Shown here piece by piece: positions 58,722-62,724 of a DNA stretch of 62,724 bases. The translations under genes and the position numbers were made by a program. This DNA comes from a virus (taxonomy: Duplodnaviria > Caudoviricetes): positions 1-62,724 of IMG/VR virus record IMGVR_UViG_3300032250_000155, one strand, 5' to 3'. Below the pieces are notes generated by a model, which saw only the letters and a program-made list of their open reading frames with translations, searched no databases and was not told where the DNA came from. Within the stretch, counting starts at the first letter, position 1. The number at the start of each line of letters is the position of its first letter.

Positions 58722-59124
58722 TGCTTTCTTTATTTAAAACTTGTTTAATAGTGTAAGCACTCAACGTACTTCCATTCTCTTTATGAAACTTTTCTATCTT
58801 TCCAATAGTCATTCCGATAGAGGAGGCGTACCTTATAACTATGTTTCTAGTTTGCCTCTTAATTCTTGTCTGCTGAAAGTATTGCTTGTTCTCTCCGATA
58901 AACTTCATAAGTCTAGCTGAATCAACCTTATACTTATTTCTAATTACTCTATATCTTAAAGTACCTGTTGCCTTCCATAATGAAATAAACCCTCCGCTAG
59001 TTGTACCTATTTTAAAGTAATTGCCACAACTTATACAATCTGAGCCAGAGCCGTATAAGCCATGTTGTTCTACGCCACAATATGGGCAGTTAGTATTGTC
59101 TTTTTTTCTTGTTGGTCTTCCCAT
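58711..59124 (-). CDS. Zn-ribbon + helical DNA-binding-like protein (paralog of 53437..53877)
   Basis: CPYCG...CISCG. Confidence 0.65.
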   Translation of the reverse strand: MGRPTRKKDNTNCPYCGVEQHGLYGSGSDCISCGNYFKIGTTSGGFISLWKATGTLRYRVIRNKYKVDSARLMKFIGENKQYFQQTRIKRQTRNIVIRYASSIGMTIGKIEKFHKENGSTLSAYTIKQVLNKESNGK

Positions 59125-59134
59125 AATAATTTAT

Positions 59135-60571
59135 TTAAAAAGGTTTCAAATCTACATTCGTATCAAAATCGCTTTTGATTTTATTAATTGCACTATTCTC
59201 ATAAGCCACTTGCGGAGTACTAAATCTAAACAACTCTTCCTCTGTGTCAGCGACCCTATTTGTCTTAACATCAACAAATCTGTTTATATCTCCCACTTCT
59301 CCGTCTCTATTTTTAAGAATAATAAACTTTAAGGTGTTATCCATTGGAGCAACGGGTTGATTATTAGCTTTTGCTTCAACGTACTTGTAATAATCGTCTC
59401 TGTATAAACCGATAACCACAATAGCATCTTGCTCTATATTACCCGAATTACGCAAATCAGATAACATAGGTTGCTTGTTAGGTCTTGATTCTACTGCTCT
59501 AGATAATTGAGATAAACAGATAATCGGGATACCTAATTTCCTAGACAACCTTTGAATTTTATTAGAAACCCTAGATACTTGCGAGAAATCATCTTGCCCT
59601 TTTATTTGATTGTCACCAATTAATTGAAGGTAATCTATCACAACCATCTTTAAATTATTCTTTCTCACCTCCGCAGTTATCATCATTGATAGATAATTAA
59701 CATCACGATTATCTTGGTCATAGAAATATATCGGAAGACTCCGAAGTTCTTTAGCCCTTGATTTTTTAATGTTCTCAACATCAATTAAGCTTATTCGGTT
59801 AGCTTTTAGGTCGGAATAATTGTACTCAAATGCTTCGCTAGATATGTATCGGTAGATAAGCGATTCTTTAGGCATCTCTAATGAAACGTATAAACATTTT
59901 TCACCTGACTTAGCACAAGATTTTGCTACATCTAATCCAACAACAGTTTTGCCCATACTTGGGCGAGCGGCAATAACAGACATCCCTTCTTGCCAACCTC
60001 CTAAAGCGTAATTTAGCTTTCTAGAACCCGTATCTATTCCACTGAATACCTTTTGGCTTCCCGCAGAAATCTCCATGTTAGCAATAACCTCGTCATAAAC
60101 TTGCTCTATAGCGCATATTTCTTTTGAGGCGGAGGCATCTACTATATCAATCAAACTATTCTCAATAGTCGTAGTCATTATAGATACCTCTTGGTCAGAT
60201 TCTATTGCGCTAACAAGATTTATAGCTAACTCATAGATTTTTCTTTTAGATTGAAGTTCTTTTAATTCAAATGCAACTTGGTTATAATCTATAGCCCTTG
60301 TTGGCATGATAGATAATAGGTTTGAAGAATTAATATTTAACTCCTTTTCTTTTGATTTAAGCGCACGAAATACATCGAAGCGAGTGAAGACACCTTTCTC
60401 TAGAGATAATTCAACCATCGAAGAGAATGAAGCCTTAAACAAAGTATCTTCAAAAGTTTCATAAGTTATTATCTTAGATACCTCTGTAGTATTATGAGAG
60501 TTCTCTAGTAGATAGGCAATTAAGTCTTGCTCTAGCATAGTGTCGATAACTCTTGATTTATTATTTACCAT
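59135..60571 (-). CDS. dnaB: DnaB-like replicative helicase
   Basis: AARPSMGKT, SLEM, VIDYLQL, LSQLSR, DLRNSGNIEQDA and KNRDG motifs. Confidence 0.96.
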   Translation of the reverse strand: MVNNKSRVIDTMLEQDLIAYLLENSHNTTEVSKIITYETFEDTLFKASFSSMVELSLEKGVFTRFDVFRALKSKEKELNINSSNLLSIMPTRAIDYNQVAFELKELQSKRKIYELAINLVSAIESDQEVSIMTTTIENSLIDIVDASASKEICAIEQVYDEVIANMEISAGSQKVFSGIDTGSRKLNYALGGWQEGMSVIAARPSMGKTVVGLDVAKSCAKSGEKCLYVSLEMPKESLIYRYISSEAFEYNYSDLKANRISLIDVENIKKSRAKELRSLPIYFYDQDNRDVNYLSMMITAEVRKNNLKMVVIDYLQLIGDNQIKGQDDFSQVSRVSNKIQRLSRKLGIPIICLSQLSRAVESRPNKQPMLSDLRNSGNIEQDAIVVIGLYRDDYYKYVEAKANNQPVAPMDNTLKFIILKNRDGEVGDINRFVDVKTNRVADTEEELFRFSTPQVAYENSAINKIKSDFDTNVDLKPF

Positions 60572-61299
60572 CTGTCAGGGATTTTAATTTCAAATGCTTC
60601 GCTTGAAGCTGTTGTTTGATTTGTATTTAAAGTAGTACTTACTACACCATTAGGAATCTCATCTTCCCAAACTTTATTACTCAAGTATCTTTCAGGGTCT
60701 TTGCGATACACTGGGTTTGGTCTAGCAATCTTATAGCTAGGAATTGACAATAAGCATTTTTCTTTTTCATTTTCTTTTAGTTTTATCCATTTAGATTTAG
60801 CTTTTTCTTTACCTACCTTCTTCTCGTAAAGTTCCCAAAACTCATCAAATCTATCTGAAACATTATTAACCTTTTTGTTAACTTTAATATTAATCTCTTT
60901 ATTATGGTGATACCCCGCAATCACCCCCCCTGCTACTATAGTATCACCCCCCTGATACTCGGCAATCACCCCCCCTGATACTATAGTATCACCCACATTG
61001 CCATCAGAAAGCGTGTTGGTTAGCTTTAAATCCACTAATCTCATCATTCTAGTACTATTATCATTAGATTTTTTATCAGACATTTTACGAATAATAATAT
61101 TCTTACTCTCTAATTCCTTTATTAAGGCTCTCGTATAAGCTAATGATACCCCCAAAATATCTGAAATATATTGGTTACTAGCAAAGCAATACCCCGTCTT
61201 ATTAGACAAACTGATAATAACTCCGACCAATAGTTTACCGCTAGAAGATAAGTCCTTGTTCGATAAAATTTCGCTAGGGACTTTTGCGTACCAACTCAT
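60565..61299 (-). CDS. Replication initiator (N-terminal wHTH, internal iteron linker; lambda O-like)
   Basis: GYCFASNQYISDILGVS HTH; repeated GDTIV/GGVIA linker; FDEFWELY.KKVGK..A...W C-terminal domain; upstream of dnaB. Confidence 0.85.
   Translation of the reverse strand: MSWYAKVPSEILSNKDLSSSGKLLVGVIISLSNKTGYCFASNQYISDILGVSLAYTRALIKELESKNIIIRKMSDKKSNDNSTRMMRLVDLKLTNTLSDGNVGDTIVSGGVIAEYQGGDTIVAGGVIAGYHHNKEINIKVNKKVNNVSDRFDEFWELYEKKVGKEKAKSKWIKLKENEKEKCLLSIPSYKIARPNPVYRKDPERYLSNKVWEDEIPNGVVSTTLNTNQTTASSEAFEIKIPDRW
60860..60995 (-). other. Predicted replication origin: four ~22-bp iterons (GGGTGAT...GTA[T/G]CA) plus an AT-rich tract
   Basis: Tandem repeats including palindromic TGATACTATAGTATCA inside the initiator gene. 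Confidence 0.75.
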
Positions 61300-61490
61300 A
61301 TTTCTTTTAATTTTTCTTCGTAAAACTTAACATCTTTAACCAACTCTTCAATCTTGTTTAACAGAACATCAAAGACTTCCATTTCGGGAGTAGCAAACTG
61401 CATTACATATTGATACTGCTTCAACTCAATTTCAGCGTTAATTTTTTTAAGTTTTACTACTGCTAAAAAACATTCTAGTTCTAAATCCAT
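61296..61490 (-). CDS. Hypothetical protein
   Basis: 64-aa ORF coupled to the initiator gene. Confidence 0.6.
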   Translation of the reverse strand: MDLELECFLAVVKLKKINAEIELKQYQYVMQFATPEMEVFDVLLNKIEELVKDVKFYEEKLKEI

Positions 61491-61495
61491 AAGAT

Positions 61496-61535
61496 AAAAA
61501 AAACCCCAATACCTTCGAGGGAAAGAGTATTGGGG
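61496..61535 (-). terminator. Terminator/attenuator-like hairpin just upstream of the replication genes
   Basis: CCCCAATAC...GTATTGGGG plus T8 on the - strand, 5 nt before ATG 61490. Confidence 0.65.
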
Positions 61536-61595
61536 AATAGGATTATTCCTATATTTGAAGCTATACCCCTCAATAAGGCTTCAAATTTTACACTA

Positions 61596-61603
61596 CAAAT
61601 ATA
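61596..61603 (-). promoter_or_regulatory. Bacteroidetes -7 element TATATTTG
   Basis: TAnnTTTG upstream of the replication operon. Confidence 0.55.
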
Positions 61604-61610
61604 ATACTTT

Positions 61611-61904
61611 TTATTTAATAAGACTACAACTAATTATATTCATTATTGGAATGCCTATAGTTTTGTTTTCGTTTTCGGGATTTGAAAAAATCAAAGTCCT
61701 AAAGTTCTCTGTAGAACCAATAAAGGCGCTTTCGATAATACATTCCCTCCAACCTAGTCGATACCTTACCTCGTACAAATGCTGTGGGCGATACTTTTGG
61801 CTTGTCAATAAGCTACTAAGTGATACGCTATGATTTTCAATTGCGTAAATTGGTTTTGATAATCCTTTCTCGGATAAATAATGATACTGAATACTTCTTT
61901 CCAT
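61611..61904 (-). CDS. Hypothetical protein
   Basis: 97-aa ORF. Confidence 0.55.
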   Translation of the reverse strand: MERSIQYHYLSEKGLSKPIYAIENHSVSLSSLLTSQKYRPQHLYEVRYRLGWRECIIESAFIGSTENFRTLIFSNPENENKTIGIPIMNIISCSLIK

Positions 61905-61908
61905 TGTA

Positions 61909-62151
61909 TTATAAAGTTTTAAGTGTTAAAAATAAATCGTGAGGGTAGTCTGTACCTTTCCAACCATAAAGTTTTCCATCTAAATCCCACCCATAAATCT
62001 CATTGTCGCCTTCTCTATGTGAGTGCCAACCAATAATTTGATGCCCATTTCTTGCATCTTTCTTAATGCCCGAAATAATAACTTCTTTATTATCCCTTGA
62101 TACAACATCGTACTCCCCCGACTCGTATTTTTCTAAATTAAATTCTATCAT
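61909..62151 (-). CDS. Hypothetical protein
   Basis: 80 aa; FNLEK...VVSRD...W..DG...DLFL. Confidence 0.65.
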   Translation of the reverse strand: MIEFNLEKYESGEYDVVSRDNKEVIISGIKKDARNGHQIIGWHSHREGDNEIYGWDLDGKLYGWKGTDYPHDLFLTLKTL

Positions 62152-62152
62152 T

Positions 62153-62386
62153 TTATTTTTTAGTCACGACTAAACATTTATTTACTGGGTCAATGTAACT
62201 AGTGTCAAAATTATCTTCCCAATCAATATAGTTTGCATCTTGCTTGCTAATGATAACGGGCTTAGATGCCTCGTAATTTGATTTTAAGACTTCGGGTGAC
62301 GACTTTACGTTAAACCATATTGTCGTGAAACAAATAACTATTAAGACAATAGCAATCGCTTCGATAATCCTTAATTTCTTTTCCAT
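62153..62386 (-). CDS. Small membrane-anchored protein
   Basis: N-terminal TM helix. Confidence 0.6.
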   Translation of the reverse strand: MEKKLRIIEAIAIVLIVICFTTIWFNVKSSPEVLKSNYEASKPVIISKQDANYIDWEDNFDTSYIDPVNKCLVVTKK

Positions 62387-62388
62387 TG

Positions 62389-62523
62389 TTATTGATTTAT
62401 TAAAGTTACAATTGCTATTGCGAAAACTACTCCCGCTAGCATTCCAAAAACAGCTACTATGCCGTAGATTAAAACTTCGTAATAGAACTCTATTTTTTTC
62501 TGATTTTTACCTTGATTTTCCAT
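62389..62523 (-). CDS. 44-aa single-TM peptide (not in the ORF track)
   Basis: MENQGKNQKKIEFYYEVLIYGIVAVFGMLAGVVFAIAIVTLINQ. Confidence 0.55.
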   Translation of the reverse strand: MENQGKNQKKIEFYYEVLIYGIVAVFGMLAGVVFAIAIVTLINQ

Positions 62524-62601
62524 TGTTATCTATTTACCATTGTTCCGAATGAAAGGAATGTTAACTTATCAATATCGTAGCTGACATCTGCTTGGTAACA
62601 T

Positions 62602-62724
62602 ATCTGTTGCCATACATCATTATCAAACTCGTCTCTATATAAATCTATATAGAATCCATCTGCTGAAACATCGTAACCTATTGTTTTTAGTGTTTTAGCT
62701 TGCTTGGTTGTTAAAAAATTTGCC
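62602..62724. repeat. Terminal direct repeat (123 bp), copy 2
   Basis: Identical to 1-123. Confidence 0.97.

Overview
The window is an apparently complete, circularly permuted dsDNA tailed-phage genome of about 62.6 kb. Bases 1-123 are repeated exactly at 62602-62724, and a small ORF reads through the junction. The host is probably a Bacteroidota: Bacteroidetes-type TAnnTTTG promoters sit upstream of many operons and start codons have A-rich leaders without Shine-Dalgarno sequences. The + strand arm (6.5-49.8 kb) is a crAss-related/podovirus-type virion module: tandem-GroES co-chaperonin, TerS, HNH, TerL, portal, scaffold, major capsid, two long fibre-like proteins, a lysis cassette with a u-spanin-like gene, tail ring and stabilisation proteins, three ejection/cargo proteins (the last a 2913-aa polyvalent protein) and many tiny basic proteins. 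The - strand arm (49.8 kb round to 5.7 kb) holds a lambda-O-like initiator with internal iterons, a DnaB helicase, nucleases, HTH regulators, a tRNA region and an amidoligase/glutamine-amidotransferase cassette. I recognised no DNA or RNA polymerase, integrase, reverse transcriptase or CRISPR array. The most unusual signals are: (1) three tRNA-shaped RNAs whose anticodon arm is replaced by unrelated variable inserts; (2) a covarying UGAC-stem-GGAAAGAC-stem hairpin just 5' of three tRNA/tRNA-like genes; (3) an inverted second copy of the replication iterons upstream of the terminase genes; (4) TTTAG-N6-CTAAA palindromes bracketing the amidoligase cassette. All product calls come from motif recognition by eye; no database search was run.
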